Assembly (NCBI GenBank): GCA_913043225.1
Contig: CAJWLU010000001.1
Coordinates: 96,001-160,000, forward strand
DNA length: 64,000 bases
Direction of reading: 5' to 3'
From: an uncultured Acidobacteriota bacterium
Lineage (GTDB): Bacteria > Acidobacteriota > Vicinamibacteria > Vicinamibacterales > UBA8438
Below the pieces are notes generated by a model that worked only from the letters and a program-made list of their open reading frames with translations, made no database searches and had not been told where the DNA came from. Position 1 is the first letter of the stretch. The number at the start of each line of letters is the position of its first letter. Shown piece by piece: positions 28,668-37,587 of this stretch. The position numbers were made by a program, and so were the translations under genes.

Positions 28668-29039
28668 ATGACCACCAACTGCACCCGCGCACTGATCGCT
28701 GCCCTAGCCACCGTTGTGGCGACCACCGCCATGGTGTCGGCTCACATGGCCTACTCGAAGAGCCTGCCCGAAAAAGACGCGACCATCAGCGAGTCGCCCA
28801 GCGAGGTGCAGATCTGGTTCACGCAGGATCCGGAGCCAGCCATCAGCCAGCTTAGTCTCGAAGGTTCCTCGGGCGAGATCGCGCTCGGCGACACCGAGGT
28901 CGGTGCCGAGAAGTCGATCGTCGCGTCGGTCCCGACCACGCTCGGTCCAGGCAGCTATACCGTGAAGTGGCGATCAGCTGGCGACGACGGACACGTCCAG
29001 CGGGGCGAGTTCGGCTTCACCATCCGGACCGCGGACTGA
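28668..29039 (+). CDS. copC: CopC copper-binding periplasmic protein
   Basis: Signal peptide gives a mature N-terminal His (VSA-HMAY..S.P). YTVKWRSAGDDGH. AAGGAG RBS. Confidence 0.88.
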   Translation: MTTNCTRALIAALATVVATTAMVSAHMAYSKSLPEKDATISESPSEVQIWFTQDPEPAISQLSLEGSSGEIALGDTEVGAEKSIVASVPTTLGPGSYTVKWRSAGDDGHVQRGEFGFTIRTAD

Positions 29040-29074
29040 CGCCCCCTCTCAGCGGCCGCGAGTCACCAGCCGGC

Positions 29075-29446
29075 TCAGCGATTCCGGTCGACAGTAAATG
29101 TGACGCTCCCGGTCTGGGTCTTCCCATCGGGACCGACAGCGGTCCAACTCATCTCCCAATCGCCGTTCGGCATCGGCCCGGTCACCCGGCCCATCAGGTC
29201 GTTCTCACCCATCGTGTGAAGCCCCTCGATCTTGGCCCGGTTGCCTGGTCCAGACAGCTCGAGAGTACTCTCGGCCACCACCGGCGCCTTATCGAACCAG
29301 ACGCGCACGGTCCGCACCGGACCGTCGAGCTCGGCTCCGTCTTCTGGCGTGCTCCCCGAGATCTTGATCTGCGCGCTGGCCGGCAGCAGCGCCAACCCGA
29401 CCAGCAGCGCCCCCAGCAACACGATATGAGACAACCTCACCATCAT
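29075..29446 (-). CDS. CopC-like protein lacking the canonical Cu(II) His ligands
   Basis: Same fold pattern (STPEDGA, VWF, W.AVGPDG, VTFTV), but the mature N-terminus is Gln and DGH is DGK. Confidence 0.7.
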   Translation of the reverse strand: MMVRLSHIVLLGALLVGLALLPASAQIKISGSTPEDGAELDGPVRTVRVWFDKAPVVAESTLELSGPGNRAKIEGLHTMGENDLMGRVTGPMPNGDWEMSWTAVGPDGKTQTGSVTFTVDRNR

Positions 29447-29615
29447 CAGCTTCGACTCCTTCGGTTCTTCTACAACGGGGCTGCCTACGCTTCCTGCATG
29501 TGGGAATAGCAGGAGTCGCGGACCGGTTCGTTACGATCAACGGAGAGGGTTCCGCGGGCGTTCTGCATCGGCGAGGCTCCTCCTCTGTCCATTGTCCCAT
29601 ACGGGCCCGGCCGCC

Positions 29616-29645
29616 TTGACCAGCTGCGAATCTCGGCGATACACT
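29616..29645 (+). promoter_or_regulatory. Sigma70-type promoter of feoAB
   Basis: TTGACC (29616-21), 18 nt spacer, TACACT (29640-45). Confidence 0.6.
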
Positions 29646-29655
29646 GGCCGCTCGA

Positions 29656-29676
29656 AACTGAGATCCAGTCTCAACT
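29656..29676. promoter_or_regulatory. Palindromic operator (putative Fur-type box)
   Basis: AACTGAGATCCAGTCTCAACT, with core TGAGA-N5-TCTCA, 10 nt downstream of the -10 element. Confidence 0.65.
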
Positions 29677-29691
29677 CCGACAACCTCCCTG

Positions 29692-32190
29692 GTGCACCAG
29701 GCCCTCCGCACACTCGATCAGCTGCCCCTCGGCGCTACAGCCGTGGTGCACCACGTGGGGTGCGACCGGGTTGTGGCGCGCCGGTTGATGGAGATGGGTC
29801 TGCTGCCCGGAACCGAGATCCAGACCATCAGACGGGCTCCCCTGGGCGACCCGCTCAAGATCCGGCTGCGCGGCTACCTGCTGTCGCTCCGTCTGGCCGA
29901 CGCAGCCCAGATTCAGATCTTACCGGAGGGAGAGCAGGCTTCCGGCCAGGACGACTCGACATCGGATCCGTATCGCTTCGTCGCCCACCCGACGACCGAG
30001 ATGATCGCGCCAGGGATATCCCGGGTGCTGGTGGCCGGTAACGCCAACTCGGGTAAGACTACGATTTTCAACGCCCTGACCGGCGCCCGAGCGCAGGTCA
30101 GCAATTACCCTGGCGTCACGGTGACCCGATCGTCCAGGCAGGTGACGCTGGGAGACTCCGAGGTCGAGATCATCGATCTGCCGGGGACCTACAGCCTCAG
30201 CGCCAACTCGCCAGACGAACAGGTGGCGGTCGACGAGGTCCTCGGGCGACGCGGCACCCCGCCTGACGCCGTCGTGGTCGTGGTCGATGCCGGCGCGATA
30301 GAGCGCGGGCTCTACCTGGTGCTCCAGGTCGCCGAGACCGGCGTGCCGGTTATCGTCGCGCTGAACATGGTCGACGAGGCGGGCGTCGCCGGACTCGAGT
30401 TCGATACCGAGCGTCTGGGGCGATGGCTGGGCGCGACCGTGGTTCCGACGGTTGCCTCCCAGCGAAAAGGCCTCGACCGGCTCCAGACCGCCATCGCCGA
30501 CATGCTCGCGCTCGCACCGAGGCCGAACGCGCACTGGACCGGTCTTCCGGACCACCTCGAGGCGGAGGTCGCGGCGGTCAGCGAGAGCTTGCAGACAGCG
30601 AAATTCGGTGCCACGCCGGCGGCCCGCCGCTCCTGGGCGTTATGGTCGTTGCTCTCGCTCGATGGAAGCGACGAGGACGAGACCGGCATCCCGGAATCGG
30701 TACGGTCGACGGTCACCTCGATCCGGCAAGACGCCAAGGCTGCCGACCGCAACCTCGACCAAGAAATCATCGCCTCGCGCTACCAGTGGATCGAGACGGT
30801 CGCCTCGGACGTCCGCTCGCAGCCACGGGAAGACCAGCGCAAGTGGACCGACAGGATCGACGGCATCCTGACCCACCGGGTCTACGGGATGGCGGTGTTT
30901 GCGGTGCTAATGGCGGTACTGTTCGAGGTACTGTTCACCTGGTCGGAACCGTTCATTGGTACCATCGAAGGAGCCACGGCATGGCTACAGGGTCTGGTCG
31001 TGCAGGTGTTCCCCGAGGGGATGCTGACGGACCTGCTGATTGACGGCGTCATCGCCGGCGTTGGCAACGTCGTGGTGTTCGTCCCGCAGATAGCGATGCT
31101 GTTCTTTGCGATCGCACTGCTCGAAGATTTGGGCTACCTCGCCCGGGTGGCGTTCGTGATCGACCGGCTGATGGGCCGGGTCGGCCTGCACGGTAAGGCG
31201 TTCGTGCCGATGCTGTCAGGCTTTGCCTGCGCTATTCCGGCCGTCATGGCGACCCGCACCATCGAGAGTCGCCGCGACCGACTGATCACCATGCTGACGC
31301 TGCCGATGGTGTCCTGCAGCGCCCGGCTCCCGGTCTACGCGCTGGTCACGGCCGTGATCTTCGCCGCCGACGAGCGGGTGTTCGGCGTACTGAGCATGGG
31401 CGCAATGGTGCTCTTCGCCATGTACGCACTGTCGGTCGTGGCCACGCTGGGCGCCGCGGCCGTGCTCAGACGGACGGTCCTGGCCGGACCGCGGCTACCG
31501 TTGCTCCTCGAGCTGCCGCCCTATCGGATACCGGTGTGGCGCAGTGTCTTCCTCGCCACCTGGCGCCGGGTCCGCAAGTTCCTTGAGGATGCGGGCACCA
31601 TCATCCTCACGATGACCATCATTCTGTGGGCGCTGCTATCGTTCCCACGGAGCGGCGAGATCGACACCCGTTTCGAGCAGGCGCGCGCCGACGTGCTGGC
31701 AACAACCTCTGCGCCCCAGCAGGAGGAGGCGCTCGCGGAGCTCGACGGACAACTGGCCGGAGAACAGCTCCGCTACAGCGCGGGCGGCCGGGTGGGCCAG
31801 TTCATCGAGCCGGTGCTCGAACCGCTCGGCTTCGACTGGCGTATCGGCGTCGGGATTCTGGGAGCATTCGCGGCCCGGGAGGTCTTCGTCTCGACGCTGG
31901 GGATCGTCTTCGGCATCGAGGAAGCCGACGAGAGCAGCGTCAGCCTAAGGAGCTCGCTCCAGAACGCGACCCGGGCCGACGGCTCACCGCTGATGACGCC
32001 GCTGGCCGGAGTGTCGCTGATGGTGTTCTTCGTGCTGGCTTGTCAGTGCATGAGCACGATCGTGGTCGTCAAGAAGGAAGCCGGCGGGTGGGGCTGGCCG
32101 ATGTTCATGCTCGGCTACATGTCGGTGCTCGCCTACGGCGCGTCGCTGCTGGTCTATCAGACCGGACGGCTCATGGGCTGGGGACTCTGA
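29692..32190 (+). CDS. feoB: Fused FeoA-FeoB ferrous iron transporter
   Basis: N-terminal FeoA (RRLMEMGLLPG..RAPLGDP..LRGYLLSLR). G motifs GNANSGKT, NYPGVTV, DLPG and NMVD. Membrane domain GFACAIPA, SCSARLPVY and AREVFVS. Confidence 0.95.
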   Translation: MHQALRTLDQLPLGATAVVHHVGCDRVVARRLMEMGLLPGTEIQTIRRAPLGDPLKIRLRGYLLSLRLADAAQIQILPEGEQASGQDDSTSDPYRFVAHPTTEMIAPGISRVLVAGNANSGKTTIFNALTGARAQVSNYPGVTVTRSSRQVTLGDSEVEIIDLPGTYSLSANSPDEQVAVDEVLGRRGTPPDAVVVVVDAGAIERGLYLVLQVAETGVPVIVALNMVDEAGVAGLEFDTERLGRWLGATVVPTVASQRKGLDRLQTAIADMLALAPRPNAHWTGLPDHLEAEVAAVSESLQTAKFGATPAARRSWALWSLLSLDGSDEDETGIPESVRSTVTSIRQDAKAADRNLDQEIIASRYQWIETVASDVRSQPREDQRKWTDRIDGILTHRVYGMAVFAVLMAVLFEVLFTWSEPFIGTIEGATAWLQGLVVQVFPEGMLTDLLIDGVIAGVGNVVVFVPQIAMLFFAIALLEDLGYLARVAFVIDRLMGRVGLHGKAFVPMLSGFACAIPAVMATRTIESRRDRLITMLTLPMVSCSARLPVYALVTAVIFAADERVFGVLSMGAMVLFAMYALSVVATLGAAAVLRRTVLAGPRLPLLLELPPYRIPVWRSVFLATWRRVRKFLEDAGTIILTMTIILWALLSFPRSGEIDTRFEQARADVLATTSAPQQEEALAELDGQLAGEQLRYSAGGRVGQFIEPVLEPLGFDWRIGVGILGAFAAREVFVSTLGIVFGIEEADESSVSLRSSLQNATRADGSPLMTPLAGVSLMVFFVLACQCMSTIVVVKKEAGGWGWPMFMLGYMSVLAYGASLLVYQTGRLMGWGL

Positions 32191-32192
32191 GA

Positions 32193-32363
32193 ATGACCTG
32201 GCAGGAACCGATCGCCGCCCTCGTCGTGGCCTGGGCCGTCGTTTCGCTCTACCGGCACCTCCGGAACCTGGTCGGTCCCCCCAAACCCGATGTCCCGAAG
32301 ACGGACTGTCACAGCTGCGCCGGGGAAGAACAAGCGTCGAGCACGCCTCTCCCACGGCGCTGA
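32193..32363 (+). CDS. FeoB-associated small Cys-containing membrane protein
   Basis: 56 aa (MTWQEPIAALVVAWAVVSLYRHL...TDCHSCAG), starting 2 nt after the feoB stop. One TM helix plus CxxC. Confidence 0.72.
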   Translation: MTWQEPIAALVVAWAVVSLYRHLRNLVGPPKPDVPKTDCHSCAGEEQASSTPLPRR

Positions 32364-32370
32364 CCCGGCC

Positions 32371-33129
32371 TCAGTCGCGGCTCTGCAGCTTCGCCAGCAG
32401 CCGCAGAATCTCCAAATACAGCCAGATTAGGGTCACGAGCAGGCCGAAAGCTCCGTACCACTCCATGTACTTCGGCGCGCCTCGTTCGGCTCCTTCTTCG
32501 ATGAAATCGAAGTCAAGCACCAGGTTCAGGGCGGCTATCACCACCACGAACACGCTGAACAGGATACCGAACATCCCGCTGGAGTGAACGAGCGGGATGC
32601 TCATGCCGAAGATCCCGAGGACGAAGTTAGCTAGATACACCAGGCCGATTCCCCCGGTGGCGGCGAACACACCGAGCTTGAAGTTCTCGGTGGCCTTGAT
32701 CAGGCCGCTCCGATACGCCAGCAGCAGCGCCGCGAGCGTGCCGAAAGTGAGAAACACCGCCTGGGCCACGATGCCGGGATAGGCCTGCTCGAAGAAGAAA
32801 GAGATGCCGCCCAGAGCCAACCCTTCGAGCGCCGCATAAAGCGGGGTGGTGATCGGCGCCCAAGTCTGCTTGAACGCAGTGACGAGCGCCACGACCAAAC
32901 CGCCCAGGATACCGCCCCAGATAAGAAAGGTCGGCACGTCGCCAGAGGCCGCCCGCCCCCACACGTACATGGCGGCGGTGAACAGCACCACCAGCGACAT
33001 CGCGGTCTTGTTGACCGTGCCCCCGATGGTCATCGTCTCCGATTCCACCCGGGGAAGCGGCGGCACACGGGTAAAGGTGTCGGCGCCGAGCGCCGGATTG
33101 CCTGACCGCAGGGCGAGATGCGCGGACAT
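32371..33129 (-). CDS. Bax inhibitor-1/YccA family membrane protein
   Basis: RSGNPAL, MTIGGTVNKT, LNLVLDFDFIE and WYGAFGLLVTLIWLYLEILRLL. Confidence 0.9.
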   Translation of the reverse strand: MSAHLALRSGNPALGADTFTRVPPLPRVESETMTIGGTVNKTAMSLVVLFTAAMYVWGRAASGDVPTFLIWGGILGGLVVALVTAFKQTWAPITTPLYAALEGLALGGISFFFEQAYPGIVAQAVFLTFGTLAALLLAYRSGLIKATENFKLGVFAATGGIGLVYLANFVLGIFGMSIPLVHSSGMFGILFSVFVVVIAALNLVLDFDFIEEGAERGAPKYMEWYGAFGLLVTLIWLYLEILRLLAKLQSRD

Positions 33130-33247
33130 CGTCTACTCCTCCACGACGGCGTTAGTGCGGCGCCGTCATAATAGTGAGAGGGTACCGGCTCGCACGCCGG
33201 TTCCCAAGACACACTCTACCAGCTCAGCTCAGTCCGCCCCCCATTTA

Positions 33248-35146
33248 ATGGAACCGCACGCACATCCCGAGCTCACCGTCGCCCTCGCACTCGCCGCCGG
33301 CATCCTGGCGCAGTCGGTGTCGAGGCTGATCAGGTTCCCCGGCATCGTGCTGCTACTGGCCGGCGGCGCATTGCTGGGACCGGAAGGGCTCGGGTGGCTG
33401 CAGCCGCGAGCCCTCGGCGACGGTCTGTTCGGCATCGTCGAGTTCGGCATCGCCATCATCCTGTTTGAAGGTGGCCTAAACCTCCAGTGGTCGCGGCTCA
33501 AGCGTCAGGAGGCGCCGATCCGACGACTCATCACCACCGGCGCACTCGTCACTCTCGTCGGCGCGGCTCTGCTCGCCGCCCTCGTCCTCGGATGGAGCCT
33601 GCACCTCGCTCTCCTCTTCGGGGCTCTCGTCGTGGTAACCGGGCCCACCGTGATCCAACCGCTCCTGCGAGACATGCGGCTGCGGCCGCGGGTCAAGACG
33701 GTGCTGGAAGCCGAGGGGGTCCTGATCGACCCGATCGGTGCCCTGGCCGCCGGATTCATCCTACAGTTCGTCGTCGCGCCCCGCGTGATGACCCTCGCCT
33801 CGGAAACGCTGAGCGTGATCGTTAGCATCGGCTTCGGCCTGGTGGTGGGGCTCGCGGCCGGCTTCCTACTTGCGGTAGCGCTCCGATATCGCCGCCCTAT
33901 AGCCGCCGGCCACGAGAACGTGTTCACACTGGCCTCTGTGGTGCTACTCTTCGAGGCCTGCAACACCCTGATTGAGCCGAGCGGTCTGGTAGCGGTCACC
34001 GTGGCCGGGGTCGTCATCGGCAACATGGAAACCCGGGTAGGCCACGAACTTCGAGAGTTCAAGGACCAGCTGACGGTGCTGCTGGTGGGGATGCTGTTCA
34101 TCCTGCTCGCCGCCGACGTAGCGCTGGCCGACATCCGAGCACTGGGTCGCGGCGGCGCCATCGTCGTCGCCGGCCTCATCCTGGTGGTCAGGCCACTCTG
34201 CGTTTGGTTCGCAACGCGCGACTCTCGCCTCACAACCAAGGAGCGGATTTTCGTGGGCGCTATCGCGCCCCGTGGCATCGTGGCGGCTGCCATCGCCTCG
34301 GTCACGGCCGCGGCGCTCGACAGTCAGGGTGTCGACGGTGGCACTCCGCTCCGGGCGCTAGTCTTCTCGACCATCGCCGGCACGGTGATACTCTCGGGCC
34401 TGCTTGCCTACCCGCTCGCTTGGATCCTCGATCTCCGTCTGCCTCGGCGTGATCGGATCGCTATCCTGGGTGCTCACGGTCTGGGAGTGCCGCTGGGCGA
34501 CGCACTCCGGGACGGCGGGTTGACAGTCTCCTTCATCGAGCCGGATCCGAGACGCTCGCACACCGCGGAGCAGTCGGGCCACACCGTGGTCTTCGGCGAT
34601 CCCCTCGACGAGCGCACGCTGCAGCGGGCCCGGATGGAACTGGTCGGCTCGGTCGTGGGGCTGACCTTCAACGAACATGCGAACAGCCTGTTCGTACGGG
34701 AAGCGAGAGAACACTACGGGATCAAGCGCGCTTTCGTCGCCATGCACTCGACCGACGAGCAGGCGTCGCAGCTGGTCCGTCGGGCCGGAGTCAGCATGCT
34801 CTTTGATGGCCCCCATGACCAGGCGCGGTGGGACGTCCGCTGGCGTCACGGCGAGTTGGTGGTCGGCCACTTCGAGTACCGGCCGGATGCCGCTGGAGAG
34901 CCCCCCCCCGGCTCGGTCCCGCTGGCCGGCGCCGACCCTCGGTCAGAGCCACAGGAACCGTTCGCGTTCCTGACCGTGCAGCGAGGAAGACGGATCGGGC
35001 CATACCACGCCGAGCACGAACCGCAGCCAGGCGACCGCAGCGTCGTCGCCTTGCACACGCCGGTCCTCGACGAGGCGAGACGTATGCTCGCCGCCACCGG
35101 GTGGCAACCGGTCGAGGAGAGGCCCTTGCTTTCTCCGACCGTCTGA
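33248..35146 (+). CDS. CPA1/NhaP-type cation:proton antiporter with C-terminal RCK(TrkA-N)-like domain
   Basis: ILFEGGLNL, VTGPTVI, EGVLIDPIGA and APRGIVAAA, then IAILGAHGLG and VFGDPLD. ATG at 33248. Confidence 0.88.
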   Translation: MEPHAHPELTVALALAAGILAQSVSRLIRFPGIVLLLAGGALLGPEGLGWLQPRALGDGLFGIVEFGIAIILFEGGLNLQWSRLKRQEAPIRRLITTGALVTLVGAALLAALVLGWSLHLALLFGALVVVTGPTVIQPLLRDMRLRPRVKTVLEAEGVLIDPIGALAAGFILQFVVAPRVMTLASETLSVIVSIGFGLVVGLAAGFLLAVALRYRRPIAAGHENVFTLASVVLLFEACNTLIEPSGLVAVTVAGVVIGNMETRVGHELREFKDQLTVLLVGMLFILLAADVALADIRALGRGGAIVVAGLILVVRPLCVWFATRDSRLTTKERIFVGAIAPRGIVAAAIASVTAAALDSQGVDGGTPLRALVFSTIAGTVILSGLLAYPLAWILDLRLPRRDRIAILGAHGLGVPLGDALRDGGLTVSFIEPDPRRSHTAEQSGHTVVFGDPLDERTLQRARMELVGSVVGLTFNEHANSLFVREAREHYGIKRAFVAMHSTDEQASQLVRRAGVSMLFDGPHDQARWDVRWRHGELVVGHFEYRPDAAGEPPPGSVPLAGADPRSEPQEPFAFLTVQRGRRIGPYHAEHEPQPGDRSVVALHTPVLDEARRMLAATGWQPVEERPLLSPTV

Positions 35147-35230
35147 CGACGAGCTCCTCGGTCTGCTCCGCTGGTGCAGCTGCGTGGGTGCCTGCCAGAA
35201 CGAGTCGCTCGAGATCGCGTGAGAGGTCTC

Positions 35231-36682
35231 TCAGGCCAGCTCGGTCAGCGTCGCGGCGACAAGGCAGTAGAACCGCTCAACCGAGGCGATATGCACCCGC
35301 TCATCGGGCGAATGCGGAAACTCGATCTGTGGCCCGAACGAGATCATGTCCATGCCTGGCACCTTCTTGCCGAGGATGCCGCACTCGAGTCCCGCGTGTA
35401 TCGCCTTGACCTCGGGCTCGCCCCCAAGCTCACGCCGATGCACGGCTTTCATCACCTCGAGCAAATGTGACTCGAGGTCCGGCTTCCAGCCGGGATACGC
35501 GTTGTCTTCCTCTACCTCGGCGCCCGCTAAGAGTCCGATCGCGCGCACCCGCCGGCGGAGCGCCTCGAGCGCGGTATCGATGGAGGAGCGGCTGCTCAGC
35601 CCGATCCGTAGGGTGCCGTCCGCTTCCTTTATCGTCGCCAGATTGACGCTGGTCTCGACCAGGTCAGGAATGTCGTAGCTCATCGCCTCGACGCCATGAG
35701 GCATGGCGTTGATCAGCCGCAGTATCTGCTTGGTCGTCGTCTGGTTCCAGACCGAGTCGGGCGAGGCCGTATCCTCGACCGCCACGTCCATGTCCGGGTC
35801 GGCCGGACCGTACTCGGTGCCGATGGCAGCCATCTCCTGCTCAACGGCAGCCATCACCGCCGCCCGGCCCACCTGCTCGACCACCAGAGTGGCGAACGCC
35901 TCCCGGGGGATGGCATTGTGGGCACTCCCGCCGTCAATGGCAGCGAGCCGGAACGGGGTGTCGGCGTACGCCGCCGACAGGACCCGACCGAGCAGCTTCA
36001 CGGCGTTCCCGCGCTGCAGATGGATATCGCAGCCCGAGTGGCCGCCCTTGAACCCGGTCAACGCCACCGAAAGAGCCATAGTCCTGGCCTCCGGCGGCTC
36101 GGAGGCCAGCGACACCACGACCTGGCTGTCGCCCCCACCGGCGCACCCGACGTAGACGATGCCATCCTCCTCTGAATCCAGATTGATCAGCTGTCGCCCC
36201 TGCAGCAGGCCAGCGTCGAGCTCGGCCGCACCGGTCAGGCCCGTTTCCTCGTCGATCGTGAACAGCAGCTCCAGCGGTCCGTGGGCAAACGCGGTGTCGC
36301 CCATCAACGCCAGCATCGTGGCCACGCCGATCCCGTTGTCGGAGCCGAGCGTAGTGCCGTCGGCGGTCAGGTAGTCGCCGTCACGGACGGGCACAATCGC
36401 GTCGGAGGTGAAGTCGAATGCAACATCCGAGTTCTTTTCCTGCACCATGTCGAGATGCGACTGCAGGATAGTAACCGTGGCGCCTTCCCGCCCCGGTGTC
36501 GCGGGCTTACGCACCACGACATTGCCAGCGGCGTCCACCTGATGTGGGAGGCCGTGTCGGATCGCCTCGGCGATGACGTGGTTCCGCATCCGGTCTTCGT
36601 CTTTAGAGGCTCTCGGGATGGTCAGAATGGTGTCAAAATGCTGCCAGACGACCGTGGGCTCGAGTTCCGCGACGAAGGTCAT
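35231..36682 (-). CDS. pepD: Aminoacyl-histidine dipeptidase (M20 family)
   Basis: LQSHLDMV, GTTLGSDNGIG, DEETGLTGA, NLDSEED, GGHSG, IHAGLECG and HSPDE. Confidence 0.93.
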   Translation of the reverse strand: MTFVAELEPTVVWQHFDTILTIPRASKDEDRMRNHVIAEAIRHGLPHQVDAAGNVVVRKPATPGREGATVTILQSHLDMVQEKNSDVAFDFTSDAIVPVRDGDYLTADGTTLGSDNGIGVATMLALMGDTAFAHGPLELLFTIDEETGLTGAAELDAGLLQGRQLINLDSEEDGIVYVGCAGGGDSQVVVSLASEPPEARTMALSVALTGFKGGHSGCDIHLQRGNAVKLLGRVLSAAYADTPFRLAAIDGGSAHNAIPREAFATLVVEQVGRAAVMAAVEQEMAAIGTEYGPADPDMDVAVEDTASPDSVWNQTTTKQILRLINAMPHGVEAMSYDIPDLVETSVNLATIKEADGTLRIGLSSRSSIDTALEALRRRVRAIGLLAGAEVEEDNAYPGWKPDLESHLLEVMKAVHRRELGGEPEVKAIHAGLECGILGKKVPGMDMISFGPQIEFPHSPDERVHIASVERFYCLVAATLTELA

Positions 36683-36770
36683 CTCTAGGTTCTCCCGGGT
36701 GGACCAATATCCGGAGGTGAGCATCGGAAGACACGCACCCACGGTTCAACTATCATCAGACTACTCGATC

Positions 36771-37574
36771 ATGTGGAGCCCCCGCAGCGTCCGGCTGACC
36801 GTCACCCTGTGGGTGTATATCCTGGTACTGGCCGTGTCAGCGGCGGCCCAGAACCGGCCGAATGGTAAGGCCGACGAGACCGAGAGCGCCTCACTCGAAC
36901 GGATCCGACAGGCCCTCGCCGTCGAACAGACCCCGCTTGGCCCCAGCCTCACCGAACTCGACTTCCGCGACCCGACGCTGTTCCTGAACGACGGCCGCGG
37001 CCGACGGGATCTCCCAGGGTTCCAGCTGGTTACCGGCATCGATGTGTGGTCCGCCACCAGCCCGGGCGGCAGCATTCCGCTAGGCGGCCCAACCCATCGA
37101 TCGATGCTGGACATGATGATTCCAGACGACGTGCGGGAAGTGGCCTCGAGCGACGTGCTGGGTATCGCAACCGCCTCGGCGTTCGCCGTGGTGCCCTACG
37201 CCGTGCGGTCCATCGCCAACCTGTTCCGCAGCGCGCCTGGTAACCGGATGGTGCCGGTGCTCGACGCGGGGCAGGAAACCAGCGTGGTCGAGGCAACGAT
37301 GACGGGCACCGAGATCCTGCACGCCGGCATCGACCAGTCAGGCCGGACCGTGGAGCTAAGTCTCGTGGTACCGGAACGCACCAGCGCCCGCCAGGCCCGC
37401 AGACTTGGCCGGCGGTTCGTGTGGCTCGTGAAGACGAACTCGCTGCACGAGCTGGACCCCGAGCGACTGCTCGGCGCCGGCGTCTTCGACTACATCGTGC
37501 GGGTGGTCACTCCCAGCAACAAGGTGCTCGCCGAAGGCGGCAAGAACACCACAGACGAACAACTAACCTGGTAG
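36771..37574 (+). CDS. Secreted hypothetical protein
   Basis: ATG at 36771 gives a signal peptide ending SAAA-Q. Fills the gap between pepD and the HisD-like gene. No recognised motif. Confidence 0.6.
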   Translation: MWSPRSVRLTVTLWVYILVLAVSAAAQNRPNGKADETESASLERIRQALAVEQTPLGPSLTELDFRDPTLFLNDGRGRRDLPGFQLVTGIDVWSATSPGGSIPLGGPTHRSMLDMMIPDDVREVASSDVLGIATASAFAVVPYAVRSIANLFRSAPGNRMVPVLDAGQETSVVEATMTGTEILHAGIDQSGRTVELSLVVPERTSARQARRLGRRFVWLVKTNSLHELDPERLLGAGVFDYIVRVVTPSNKVLAEGGKNTTDEQLTW

Positions 37575-37587
37575 GTTCTCCGGGAAC

